DNA of 64,000 nt from Octopus sinensis (taxonomy: Eukaryota). The stretch spans positions 62,310,001 to 62,374,000 of the forward strand of contig NC_043008.1 in NCBI RefSeq assembly GCF_006345805.1. The letters are read 5' to 3'. The position numbers and the translations under genes were made by a program. Of the stretch, positions 51,626-64,000 are shown piece by piece. Each line of letters starts with the position of its first letter. Within the stretch, counting starts at the first letter, position 1. The notes under the pieces are model-generated. The model did no database searches, had not been told where the DNA came from, and saw nothing but the letters and a program-made list of their open reading frames with translations.

Positions 51626-52637
51626 CATACACATCAGAATGAAATGCCAATCAATCACAGAGTCAACCTTCATCAGTTGTTGGTGCTCGTTTTCAAATGA
51701 GTGAACTGCAACAAGGGAAATGAAGTGTTTTGTACAAGAAGACAGCATTCCGCCGAGTCTGAGAACTGAAACTAGGAATTTATGATTATGAGATCAACAC
51801 ATAGAGGACTAGGCCATATGCTTTCACCGACAAACAAGCACTGCACTCATTTCAGTTTTACATGTCACTAAGTAACTAACAACCATTATAAAAGCTAGTA
51901 AATTGCATTGGTAGAAAAATTCCTCGTTCTAAAACAATATAACGGCAGCAAAGACCACCTGAAGGGGCAATGTGGTATTTAATATATATGACAAAAATTA
52001 CCAATAATAAATGGTCTGTTTAACAATTTAACTGTAGGGACCAAATGTATGCAGAACAATTATCTAACCTGAAAACATAGTATCAAATGGAAACCAGGTA
52101 AAAGACAAGTAATAATGCAATGATGTTACATGTGTGTTTGACAGATTTTCCATTCATATGTTGAATAGCCATTAGCAATTGATTGTATGTGCGAAGAAAT
52201 GGAATCTATAGTGGGAATCTCTTTAAGAATTATTCTCAGCTTTTTACTATTACTACTATATGTATAGAAGTGAAGTGGTTGATACAAAATGTAGTAAGAT
52301 TAACTGGGATTTTGTTTTCTCTCTGTCTAGGTTACTACTCCATGGTATTCAGTTATATTTTCATGTAGGTCAGCTTTGTATATTATTCCTCAGTTCTATG
52401 TCTGCATTTAAATCAAGTATCAATAAAATTTTGGTGCTAATTTAATCCCACTCTTTACTATTCTGAGCATAAAGAACCAGAAAAAAACATTACAAGTATT
52501 TTTGACTGCTATTCTAACAATTTTACCACTTATCACACAGGTACTTTATTTGACTAACATTGGAGGTAGAAAATAAGAAAAAGCATTGTTGATCTAGGTA
52601 GGATTTGAACTCAGTATATAAAGAGCCAGAACAAAAA

Positions 52638-52863
52638 GATCTCTCTTTTACTTGTTTCAGTCATTTGACTGTGACTATGCTGGAGCACCAACTTTAGTCG
52701 AGCAAATCGACACCAGGACTTATTCTTTGTAAGCCTAGTACTTATTCTATCGGTCACTTTTGCCGAACCGCTAAGTTACGGAGACATAAACACACCAACA
52801 TCGGTTGGCAAGCGATATTGGGGGGTACAAACACAGACACACAAACATACACACACACACACC

Positions 52864-52900
<37 letters not shown>

Positions 52901-53065
52901 CATATATACGACTGGCTTCTTTCAGTTTCTGTTTACCAAATCCACTCATAAGGCTTTTGTCGGCCCGAGTAGAAGACACTTGGCCAAGGTGCGATGCAGT
53001 GGGACTGAACCCGGAACCCTGTGGTTGGTAAGCAAGCTACTTACCACACAGCCACTCCTGTGCCT
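52638..53065 (-). mobile_element. SINE family B
   Basis: Family homology within the window. Confidence 0.88.
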
Positions 53066-53194
53066 ATTTTTTTAAACAGTTTAATGATTCTTTTAATCCA
53101 ATATTCTCTAAAAGAGTTACTCCAAGCATAATGCAAAAGCAGGAATAACATTTACTAACTGACACGGGTTTTTGAAATTTCATATATTAGTAGA

Positions 53195-53480
53195 ACAATT
53201 CTTTCTCTCCATCATAAATGATGCACCTGTGTTGGCGATGAAGTTAACTCTTGAATCCTCTTTTAAAAAATCCAGGTATGCACTGTAGTACCCATTTCAT
53301 CCCCTCCATTTTCATCTGTCTATGTCAACAAATTGTTGTTGCTTAATATCATCTTCCATATGACCAAATAGGTTGATGTCAATGGAGACCATAGACAAGT
53401 TCTATTTGAAATGAGGAACCACTAAGCAGCCCATTTTACTGTTTGCCGGATTTTTTATCTCATGGTAGAGATAAATTTTC
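53195..53480 (-). mobile_element. Highly decayed mariner C-terminal fragment
   Basis: KMGCLVVPH...SIDINLFGHMEDDIKQQQF...DFFKRGFKS*LHRQHRCIIYDG resembles the mariner C-terminus. Confidence 0.55.
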
Positions 53481-53537
53481 TTTCATTATACATCCTGAAT
53501 TAAATTCATTCATTTATTAAATGCCCATTTTGCCATC

Positions 53538-53845
53538 ATGTGGAGGCACATGGCCTAGTGGTTAGAGCAGTGGACCTCACAATCAAGGGATCGCTGGTTC
53601 GGATCTCAGACTGAGCGATGTGTGTGTTGATGAGTGAAACCCCTAAGCTCCACGCGGCTCTGGCAGAAGGTAATGGCGAACTTCTGCTGACTCTTTCGCC
53701 ACAACTTTCTCTCACTCTTTCCTCATGCATCTTGCAGCTCACCTGCAACGGACCAGTGTACCATCCAGGTGGGGAACTTATAAACCAAGGAAACCAGGAA
53801 ACCGGCCCTTATGAGCCAGGCATGGCTTGAGAAGGAACAAACACC
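53538..53845 (+). mobile_element. SINE family E
   Basis: A-box-like TGGCCTAGTGG, B-box-like GGTTCGGATC, and the family E tail. Confidence 0.8.
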
Positions 53846-54435
53846 ATGGTCATAGCAGATGAGGAAGTATTTCATTGAGATGAGAACTAACAGGGACATT
53901 GCTGGGAAGACTCAAGCTGATACCAACAAATGATGGAAGCAGTGACATACTGCAACAGCTCATGCTCCCATATCTGGCATGACCATTTTCCTATGCTAAC
54001 ATGGGCCTGATGGAGGAATTATCTGAGACAGGATTTTTGCAGCTGGATGCAATTATTGTCTTTGAACCCTCAGCAATTTTCCATATAAGGAACTTTTTCC
54101 AAAAGAATTTTGAAAGCATGGAAAATGATTGTTAATGTCATCACAGATTTGATCAAGCAGTGACAAGCCTGGAATATCAACATTCATACATAATCACACA
54201 CACCAACACAAAGGTGAACAAAATTCAACTTGCATGGCATACAACCAATATTTAGTACTCCACATACAGCTTATATCAAAAGAGTAAACTGCAAACAGAA
54301 GTGCCAGATGCATGGTTGACTTCCGGCAGTTTCCATCCTTCAAATTCACTCAGAAGACATTAGTTGCTGAGGTGTAATAGGTGAAGATACTTGCTCAAGA
54401 TGCTGTACTACAGGACTGAACCGAAAACGAAGTAC

Positions 54436-54845
54436 TTTTCTCTTTTACTTGTTTCAGTCATTTGAGTGCGGCCATGCTGGAGCACCACCTTTAGTTGAGC
54501 AAAAATCGACCCCAGGACTTATTCTTTGGAAGCCTAGTACTTATTCTATCGGTCTCTTTTGCCGAACCGCTAAGTGACGGGGACATAAACACACCAGCAT
54601 CGGTTGTCAAGCGATGTTGGGGGACAAACAAAGATACACAAGCATATACACACACATACATACACATATATATATATACATATATACGACGGGCTTCTTT
54701 CAGTTTTTGTCTACCAAATCCACTCACAAGGCTTTGGTCAGCCCAAGGCTATAGTAGAAGACACTTGCCAAAGGTGCCATGCAGTGGGACTGAACCCGGA
54801 ACCATGTGGTTGGTAAGCAAGTTGCTTACCACACAGCCACTCCTG
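54436..54845 (-). mobile_element. SINE family B
   Basis: Family homology within the window. Confidence 0.88.
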
Positions 54846-56691
54846 CTGAGTAAAGTTTAGCAGAAACCTTCTAATTTATGTTTTAGCATTAGCCTGAAAT
54901 GAAAATATTTTGATTCTCATTAGGGGAGTTTCTATACAGCCAAGTTTATTGACAGCTTACAAGTGTTTACAATTCCTTTCAGAATATACCTTGCTAAATG
55001 AAAGTTTTCAGTTTAGTGAGATTAGTTCACCATAAATGTGAAATGTTGACTATGGTTAAGAATCAGTTCAAAGACTGCAAAGTAATAGAATTGTCAAAAT
55101 AAGTTTAAATGAAAGCTATGAGATTGTAATATAAAAAAACCAGAAAACACCAAATTCTCAGGAGAAGATTGTGAATGAAAGTAACAAAAAAAAAAAATGC
55201 AATTAACAATCTCTTCTATATAAGAAAAAAAGGAACGCAGAAATTTCTTCATTGATGTCTTGGATGGAATCTTATTCAAAGAACTCTGTCTTTGCTCTAT
55301 ACAGCCTTCTGCTCACATTGATTTTGTTTTCATGAATATTTTCCAACATTATTATTTTTTTTCCCAGAGTTTTTCTGATTTTAAAAGAATTTTTTTTTTC
55401 TTTCTGTTTACATCAACTTTTGTGTCTTTCACTGAATCCACAAGGTTTTGAAAATTTGCAATATTTTCTGTATTAGTGCTTCTATCATAATCCCTACATC
55501 ATTGCTGAATTATGCAAGTATTTCTCTTAATCTTTTTATATATATTTTTAATACTTTTTATTTTTAATTTTCAGATATTACAAACAACATTTCTATATAA
55601 ATTGCTTCGTATTTAAAATAAATTTAGAATTTTTCAAGAAAACAAAATAACAAACCTCTTTCCCAGTAAACCTAAATACAATATGTCAATATTTGATCTT
55701 TAAATGGAATCTTAGATTAACATAAATGCAAAGGATATCAGAAGAAACCATCAATACTGCATACATTCCTCTGGTTCTTCTCAAGTGAATATGTTTGACA
55801 AAACTTTCAGCATTTGGAAAAAAAAGGAACAATGAAATAGCAGCAGATTTCTCCCTTCTCAGCAGCAGCAGTAAAACCACCACCACCACCACCACCAATA
55901 TCATTACCACCACCAATACCATCACACCAACACTACCAATGCAGCCACAACCACCACAGCTATCACACTACCATCACCACTGCAACAAACACCACCACCA
56001 TCACAAACACCACTGCCACAATCTCCACCACCACAACCACCACCACCACAACCACCACCACCATCCTACCTCTGACTAGTATTGATCTATAATTATTTTC
56101 CCTTATTGAACATTATTGGACAGAAACAACAAATAAAGCAAAGTGGAATAAATGCGTTTATTTTTTTAGATATTCTCATAATTGTGAAAGAATCTTGGAA
56201 AACCTTTGAAGCTGTATTTTATAGAATAAAACTGTTTTGCCATGATTTTCTAGTATCTTCACCTCATATCACAGAAGTTTTCATGACTCTAAGAGAAATG
56301 CTTCGCATTTTATTGCAATTTAAACACTTGTTATTTGTCATAGCTTGTTCAACATTTAAGAAATAAACAGATAAATGTTGAAACATTCAGAGCAGATAAA
56401 ATCTGTAATTAGGGTTGCTGTACTTATTAAGATTGGGAACCATGTGTGTCAACAGTACATTGGGTATATATTTGTCAAAAGCAATAACAGTCTCTTTGCT
56501 CATTGCTACACGATGTATGATATTACATTTCAACAGTTTAGATATGGTTTCTGGTCTATAAACTGCGAAATGTTTACCATAGTTTGGCACCATCACAGCT
56601 AAGCAACTCAATGTGCGAGACAAACATGGCAGGCATTTACTTCATAGAATTTTTAATATTTATAATATTTCATAATATTTTTAATATTTCC

Positions 56692-57112
56692 AAGGCGGCG
56701 AGCTGGTAGAAATGTTAGCATGCTGGGCAAAATGCTAAGTGGTATTTCATCTGCCGTTACGTTCTGAGTTCAAATTCCACCAAGGTCGACTTTACCTTTC
56801 ATCCTTTCAGGGTCGATAAATTAAGTACCAGTCATGCACTGGGGTTGATATAATCGACTTAATCCATTTCTCTGTCCTTGTTTGTCCTCTCTGTGTTCAG
56901 CCCCTTGTGGGTAGTAAAGAAATAGGTATTTCATCTGCTGTGACGTTCTGAGTTCAAATTCTGCCAAGCTCGGCTTTGCCTTTCATCCTTTTGGGGGTCG
57001 ATAAATTAAGTACCAGTTATGCACTGGAGTCAATATGATCGACTTAATCCATTTCTTTGTCCTTGTTTGTCTCCTCTGTGTTTAGCCCCTTGTGGACAAT
57101 AATGAAATAAGA
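56692..57112 (+). mobile_element. SINE A head+2-body dimer with 14-bp TSD
   Basis: ATTTTTAATATTTC at 56677-56690 and 57113-57126; junction GAAATAG|GTATTTC. Confidence 0.9.
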
Positions 57113-57134
57113 ATTTTTAATATTTCTCACACAA

Positions 57135-58040
57135 AGGTGGCGAGCTGGCAGAATTGTTACTATGCCAGGCAAAATGTTTTGTGGCATTTCTTCTGACTAT
57201 AAGTCCTAAGTTCAAATACTGCCTGGGTCAGATTTTGTTTTTCGTCCTTTGGGGATCGGTTGAGCACTAGGGTTGATGTAATTGATTTATCTCTTCCCTA
57301 GAAATTTATGGTCGTGCACCAAAATTTTAAACTAACCTTCTTTTCATACAAAGGCAGCAAGGTGGTAGAATCATTACCATAGGCACAGGCATGGCTGTGT
57401 GGTAAGTTGCTTGCTTACCAACCACATGGTTCTGGGCTCAATCCTACAGCATGGCACCCTGATCATGTGTCTTCTACTATAGCCTCGGGCCGACCAAAGC
57501 CTTGTGAGTGGATTTGGTAGAAGGAAATCGAAAGAAGCCCATTGTATGTATATATGTGTGTCTGGGTGTTTGTGTTTGCCCCTTCCCCTCAAAGTTTTGT
57601 GAGGGGATTTGGTAGAAGGAAACTAAAAGAAGCCTATTGTATGTATATATATGTGTGTGTGTCTGTGTTTGTCCCGCTATTGCTTGACAGCCAATGTTGG
57701 TGAGTTTACATCCTTGTATCTTAGCAGTTCAGCTAAAGAGACCAATAGAATAAATACTTGGCCTACAAAAAATAAGTCCTGGAGATGATTTGTTTGACTA
57801 AAGGCGATGCTCCAGCATGGCCACAGTCAAATGACTGAAACAAGTAAAAAAATAAAAGAAAAGAAAGAATGTTGGATAAAATGCTTAGCTGCATTTCATC
57901 CGATTTTATAGACAAGTGTCTTCTACTATAGCCTGAGGCTATAGTAGAAGACACTTGTCCAAGGTACCAATGCAGTGGGACTGAACCCAGAACCATGTGG
58001 TTCATAAGCAAGCTACTTACCACACAGCCACTCCTATGCC
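57135..58040. mobile_element. Cluster of nested SINE A and B fragments, including a perfect 23-bp fold-back
   Basis: A monomer 57135-57335; B pieces 57380-57860; hairpin 57911-57959; minus-strand B head to ~58040. Confidence 0.8.
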
Positions 58041-59128
58041 TCAGCTAAATGTTCCTTAAATCAAAAACTGCCTCTTTCTATAAAGAGGCATTGTGTAATG
58101 TAGTCTCACATGCTTCTAGAAAGACAGGATGGAACAATGATGGCTGGAATGCAGCGTAACATAGGTTTACATGATTGCAATTGATCCGAAGCTAAACAAC
58201 ATCAATAACAGCAAGAACAACCAAAGGCGCCTATACAGCATCCTCAGCACCAAGCCAACCTTCTGTATTCTTATCATACAATACAAAGCTTCTCACCTAT
58301 TTTTAAGTGCCCACTTTAATTGAATGGAATCAATACTACGCCTCACCATTATATCTTGCAGCAAATTTCTTTAAGAACAATCCAGAATCCTTCTAACTTA
58401 GCGACATTGTCCTTCCTTGTTGGCCAACACGACAATAAGACATCCATGTTTTCAATCTAAAGTATAAACTACGTCAATAGCTTCTCTTGGCAATAACATT
58501 GTCAGATAACCAAACACGTATCTCTTCTCCTTCTTTCATAATTCTTTTGTTACCCCCTTATGATATTAGTGTTGTGGCTGATGAGCGTGGGTGTAGTAAT
58601 GATGGTGGGAACAGTGGTAGTGGTGCTGGTTGTAGTATGATGTGGTGGTGGTGGTGGTGGGCATCCAGAGGGTGGTAGAAACAGTAGTAGCTATGACAGT
58701 GCAGCATGTAGGCATACTGGTTCATCACTAACTTTCTCTTTTTCGCTCCATCTCTCCTTTGCAATAACTTAACTTCATCATATCACATAATATAATGTTA
58801 AGATATCAAAAATAGGCTGGATGTATCAATTTATTGACACAGTAATATATATATGCATATGAAAGTACACAAACACACACACACACATACACACATGCAT
58901 ATATTCATATATGCACATGCTCATACATACACATGCATGTGTGTGTGTGTGTATACTTACATACATACATTTGGCAAGAGAGACCAATAGTATAAGTACT
59001 AAACTTACAAAGATTAAGTCCTGGGGTTGATTTGCTCGACTAAAGGTGGTGCTCCAGCATAGCCACAGTCAAATGACTGAAACAAATAAAAGAATAAAAG
59101 AAAAGAAAGGGGAAAAGGGAAAGGAAAT

Positions 59129-59733
59129 TCACAGCAACAATGCTCTTCTCATTACGTGTGACGAACCAGTTAAGACTATCTTTTGCATTTCTTGTATGGA
59201 TGGTAAGCCAGGGATCATTCTTAAATAATTTTCAATTCCTTTCATGATCATTCCAAGTGCTCCTACAATCACTGGTATTGTATCCATCTTGAGCTGCCCC
59301 ATCTTTTCAACTTTGATGAGCTTTCTGAGCTTATCAAATTCTCTTGTCAAGATATTACGGTCATAAGCTATGCTCATGTCAATCAATAAACAAACTTTAT
59401 TGTTTTGGTCTTTCACAAAAATATCTGGTTTATTTGTCTTGATGGTCCAGTCAGTACATACTGGGAAGTCCCAAAAAATAGTTACATTTTCTCCCTCAGT
59501 TACAGCCTCAAAGTGATGCTTGTACTATTTGTCAGCAGATTTTATTTTATAATGTTGACACATTATCCAATGTAGATATCAACCAACTCTGTCTTGTCTT
59601 GATTTGTACTCTGCAGGTGCTAAAACTTTATGTCCAGAGATTAGGTGGTCCCCTGTTTCTATCCCATCATTGCAGTATTGGCACTTTGGGTCTATACCAT
59701 TTTTCATCACATTGGTTTGATAGTTCTGGGTGA
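59129..59733 (-). mobile_element. R4/Dong-like RLE LINE C-terminal fragment
   Basis: DPKCQYCNDGIET.DHLISG (zinc knuckle), YLHWIMC, NKPDIFVKD...CLLIDMSI (PD..D nuclease), PVIVGALG, QKIVLTGSSHVMRRAL. The 5' break abuts (AAT)n. Confidence 0.88.
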
Positions 59734-59777
<44 letters not shown>

Positions 59778-59784
59778 CATTATT

Positions 59785-60328
59785 GAGTGAGAAAGCAGTG
59801 CATGCCATCAATGTGACACTGGGTAAAATATACGAAGCCCAGTATACCCATCATGACTACCCATCTGATATGGGTACACTAGGCACATGCATCACAACCA
59901 TATGTGCACAACATGGTGATCTCATATCAAGATAAACAGCACATGACGTTGCAAGTGGGGCCCAGTTAGAATTTTCTTCTGGTCGAGTAACCTATTCTTT
60001 CAAAAGGTCTCTGAATAAGGCTTGTTTAAGTATGTTGAATGAACCACCCATGTTTCCAAAGGTGAATTATCCAAACCTCTAAGAATTTCTTTCAACACAT
60101 GGCTATGATGCTCCCCCACTAATTCTGCTCGTGATCGGAGATGCACATATCGTCAGCCACTAAGGGACATGCTCAACTGGTTAAGGTCAAACAACTGACA
60201 AGCAAATCTGTGGTATTGAGCAGAATATTTACTGTGGCCCATCCTTTATACCAAGACTAAATAATGTACATGATAACACTTCCAATCAGTTAAGATCAGA
60301 AGCCACGAGAGCCACTGCCTGGTACTGC
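59785..60328. mobile_element. Unclassified ~545-bp element between two (ATT)n tracts
   Basis: Non-coding and more GC-rich than its flanks, sharply bounded by (ATT)n. Single copy here; I recall similar sequence as an octopus repeat but have not verified this. Confidence 0.45.
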
Positions 60329-60347
60329 ATTATTATTATTATTATTA

Positions 60348-60456
<109 letters not shown>

Positions 60457-61377
60457 GGTGGCGGTAGTAGTAGTAGTAGTTGTTGTTGTTGTTGTTGCTG
60501 CTGCTGTTGTTGATTATACCTCCAAAACAAGTCTAATCGAGCAATTATAAGATCTTCAATGACTTTCCAATTATGAACGTCTTGGCCCTCATTTGTTTTG
60601 TATATCCAGTCTAAATATTCAATGAACTTCTTTTGGTAATACAGATATAATGATTTTGTGAAATGTTCATCAGTTCTTTACATAGAGATTCTCACACCGG
60701 TTGCCCTCCACCTGTGTCATGAAGATCACTCACCTCGTCCAGTTTTATTCAATTACTCTTAATTACTTCCTGTCTCTACACAGTAATACTTAGAAATTAA
60801 TTTCTTATCTAAATAAGATATTATTTTGATAATATACAATTATCTAACTATATTAAAGGATTACAATTTTCTTTACTGTATTGCAATGTGCTTGTTTCTG
60901 GCTTAATCAAATAGTGATCTCTTCTAAAAATACATTTTCCGATGTTATAAGATAAAAGACGGAAAGTTTAGCTGTATAGCATTATTAGAAAATTGATTAT
61001 TTAGGATTAATATCAACCAAAAACCTTGCTACATATATATGTATATGTGTGTTTGTTGTACTTAGATGCTGATACTCATATCAATCAAACTTAGGTAGTG
61101 AAATGGCAAAGTCATTAGAGCATCAGATAGATTGCCTAGCAACATTCATTCAGGTTGTCTACTCACTGAGTTCTAATATTCCACTGGTGAGCTTCACCTT
61201 TCATTCTTTCAGTGTCAATTAGGTACAGTCCCATACAGAAGTTGATTCATATCTTTCTCCCTGGAACAAATCAACTTTAGTTAAATTCTGAAGAGAAATT
61301 GGTTCTGCTAGAGCTAGATCTAAAATGTCCAAGACATGCTGTACATCATAACTTTGCCCAAATAAATTTTTGTCAAA

Positions 61378-61408
<31 letters not shown>

Positions 61409-62169
61409 ATGAGTGTGAGTGTGAGTGTGTGTGTGTGTGTTGTCTAAAGCAGTTTGATTCAGCTCCATGTGACTTCAGGTTTAGCAACCGTCTTACGGAA
61501 ATATATTGTTCCGGCTCCAATTACCAAATGGAGAAATACAAGAAGTCCAAGATAGCTACTGGATAATGGGCTGCTATTGGTCTACCAAATCCACTCATAA
61601 GGCTTTGGTCGGCCTGAGGCTACAGTAGAAGACTCTTGCCCAAGGTGCCACGCAGTGGTACTGAACCTGGAACCATGTGGTTGGTAAGCAAGCTACTTAC
61701 CACACAGCCACTCCTATGCCTTTTTGTGTTTGTGTATAAACATATGAGTGAATGCTTGTCTGGAAGAACATGTATGTGTCTGTGTATCTTTGTGTATGTA
61801 TATATATATGCATGCTTTTAGTAATTTGTATCTGTGGGTATGACAGGTGTATGCTAGTGCAGTTGCAACAGAGTTTCTGGGAGATAGAGTTGGGGTTGAA
61901 CTGAGATTGGGTGGTTTGGAGTGGGGAGAAGGGAAGAGAGAAGCATACTACATAGTGTGTGTGCATGTGTATAGACGTGTGTGTGAGTGTCTGTTTGAGC
62001 ACACAGCATTTATGGAGACAAATGTAGGGGATCACAGGGAATGAATAAGGTTGGTGGGAGGTCAGCCAGCAGTCTGCATAGGTATTGGTGGTTAGGAGCC
62101 CTGTTCTTATTTGTAGAGCAGTTAGTATTTAGGAGCAGACAGTATTACAGTAATATATTTGGGTTGTCG

Positions 62170-62345
62170 GCAGCCAGTGGTTTGAAGTTCACCAGGAGAG
62201 TGTATCTCTGATGGCAGCAATAAGATAGGACTTCTTGTTGATAAATACTGCAGGTTAGTGGAGGATGTGCTGTCACTCACAGAAGCAGAGCTGGCAATTT
62301 CAGACACTGGATGTGTAGTGTAGAGCCTTGTTTATGACACATCCC
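62170..62345 (-). mobile_element. Decayed Penelope-like GIY-YIG C-terminal fragment
   Basis: VINKALHYTSSV*NCQLCFCE*QHILH*PAVFINKKSYLI resembles the PLE C-terminal pattern (I..A..Y...C.LC..EK..IL...N.KSEL). Confidence 0.5.
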
Positions 62346-63459
62346 TGTACACTATAATGTTACAATTGATATACAACTATAGAATAACATGTTATGATAA
62401 ACTACAGAACACCTTAGAAAGAGTACCAATGTGTGTTTTTCATTTCTATACCTTTGTGTTCTAGACATGACTGACAACAGAAGAATTTTGTATCTATGAG
62501 TTTGCTCCCTTTCAATTTCTCTCGTATTCTCCAAATCACTATAGACTTAATTTTAAATAATTCTCTCTTTCTCTGCAATACTGTTTATAATTTTCTCACT
62601 GGAAGATTTATGATTTCTTTTAAAACCTGTCAAAAATAGAATCCTCTGTGTGACAATATTAACCATGTAAACCAGTTGTCAGTAAACCATCTTTTGTGAG
62701 CAAAATTTCACATGATGTCTTCTGTATGTAAATAAGGAATCATCAAGAGAAAAATTGTAAATCTGAAACATTTTAATTATTAAAGCTAACCTGATATTCT
62801 TATTATTTTACAGGTGGTGGGCGTATTTTCTTAATCCCAAGATATACGAACTAAGTATGAATTGTAGATGCTGAATAGCAATTAATCTACTGAGAAATGC
62901 TTATTTTATTTTCTTTTTTCTTCTTTTTGATCAAGAACATCTGCAGGGAAATCATGGTTAATTTGTGCCAATTTTACTTCTTATGTGAGGAGAATAACCA
63001 CTGTATCAAGTGACAATATTGAGACAGATCTCAACCAGTTCTATAACTCCTGTTCATCCTTGTATACAACAAAATTTCTCTTACCTGTTGTAAGAGAAAT
63101 ATCTCATGGGATTTACAAACCATGAAATGCAGAAAAGCCAAACAGTAACAAATGAAATAATTATACGGAATTGACTTCTTACGTTGCTCTTTTTAATCCT
63201 TGTAAATTCTTACAGCGTGGTGAGAAATATGTTTGTATATTTCAAATTGACCAGGATTATCAAATAAAATCTGTTGGAAATAAAAGAAAAATTTCTGATT
63301 AAAAATTGAAGATTAAAAAAGAAAATTACTCAACATGAGTTACATGAGTTCTTGGTCAAATTTGAATTGATTTATATACATAGCTATATGTGTGTGTATG
63401 CATATGTGTGTATGCATGTGTGCATGAGTGTGTTTGTGTGTGTGTGTAAATTATATAAA

Positions 63460-63760
63460 TCATCATCATCATCATCGTCGTCATCATCACCGTCATTCAA
63501 CGTCTGACTTCCATGCATGTATGTGTAGGACAGTTGACAAGAGCCAGCTAGTCTGCTGTGTCTCTTTTGGCAGGGATTTTACGGCTGGATGCCCTTCCTA
63601 ATACCAACCACTCTGCAGAATGGACTCAGTGCTTTTTATGTGGTACCAGCACAGGTGAGGGCAGTTTTGGCATGATTTTTATAGTTGGTTGCCCTTCCAA
63701 ATGCCAGCCACTTTACATGGCACCAGCACTGGCGGCAGGATGACCAAATAACTTGCAAGA
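63460..63760 (-). mobile_element. Diverged SINE C copy
   Basis: (CAT)n, family C tail and GTACCAGCAC module. Confidence 0.7.
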
Positions 63761-63843
63761 AAACGAATTTTGGGAGGGGCTGAGGCATTGGAGAAGGGGA
63801 TCTTTTGTCAGATGATGAAAGGTTAGTGTGTGACAGAGAAACA

Positions 63844-64000
63844 GGTGGCAAGCTGGCAGAAACGTAACACGCCGAACGAATTGCTTAGCGGTATTTCATC
63901 TGCGGTCATGTTCTGAGTTCAAATTCCGCCGGAGTAGACTTTACGTTTCATCCTTTTGGAGCCGATAAATTAAGTACCTGTTATGCACTGGGGTTGATGT
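63844..64000 (+). mobile_element. SINE A running off the window end
   Basis: Family A head and body. Confidence 0.85.

Noticed and set aside
60480-60680. Protein-like minus-strand open frame (EHFTKSLYLYYQKKFIEYLDW...)
   Set aside because: No start codon or convincing acceptor, runs into a CAA repeat, and its length is expected by chance in 64 kb.

Overview
AT-rich, repeat-saturated animal DNA, most likely intronic or intergenic. The SINE set and extreme microsatellite load resemble Octopus (coleoid cephalopod) DNA; this is recognition from memory, not a database result. No host gene is firmly supported; only a speculative chain of four tiny plus-strand exons was found. Almost all long ORFs in the supplied track are microsatellite artefacts. 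Recognisable content: a full-length, apparently young Tx1/L1-clade LINE (10481-16551) inside (TATC)n with a second copy's 3' end just upstream; a Chapaev3-type DNA transposon relic; two Penelope-like relics, one with a degenerate hammerhead; mariner and maT relics; CR1, RTE and R4/Dong fragments; and five SINE-like families (my labels A-E). The most interesting system has three linked parts. (1) The Tx1 LINE appears to target (TATC)n. (2) Its last 44 nt are shared, ungapped and co-terminal, with SINE family A. (3) SINE A occurs as TSD-bounded head+(body)n multimers (n=1, 2, 6) with a constant junction and swappable 3' tails. SINE family C forms a separate hierarchical tandem array. Coordinates of degenerate repeats are approximate.
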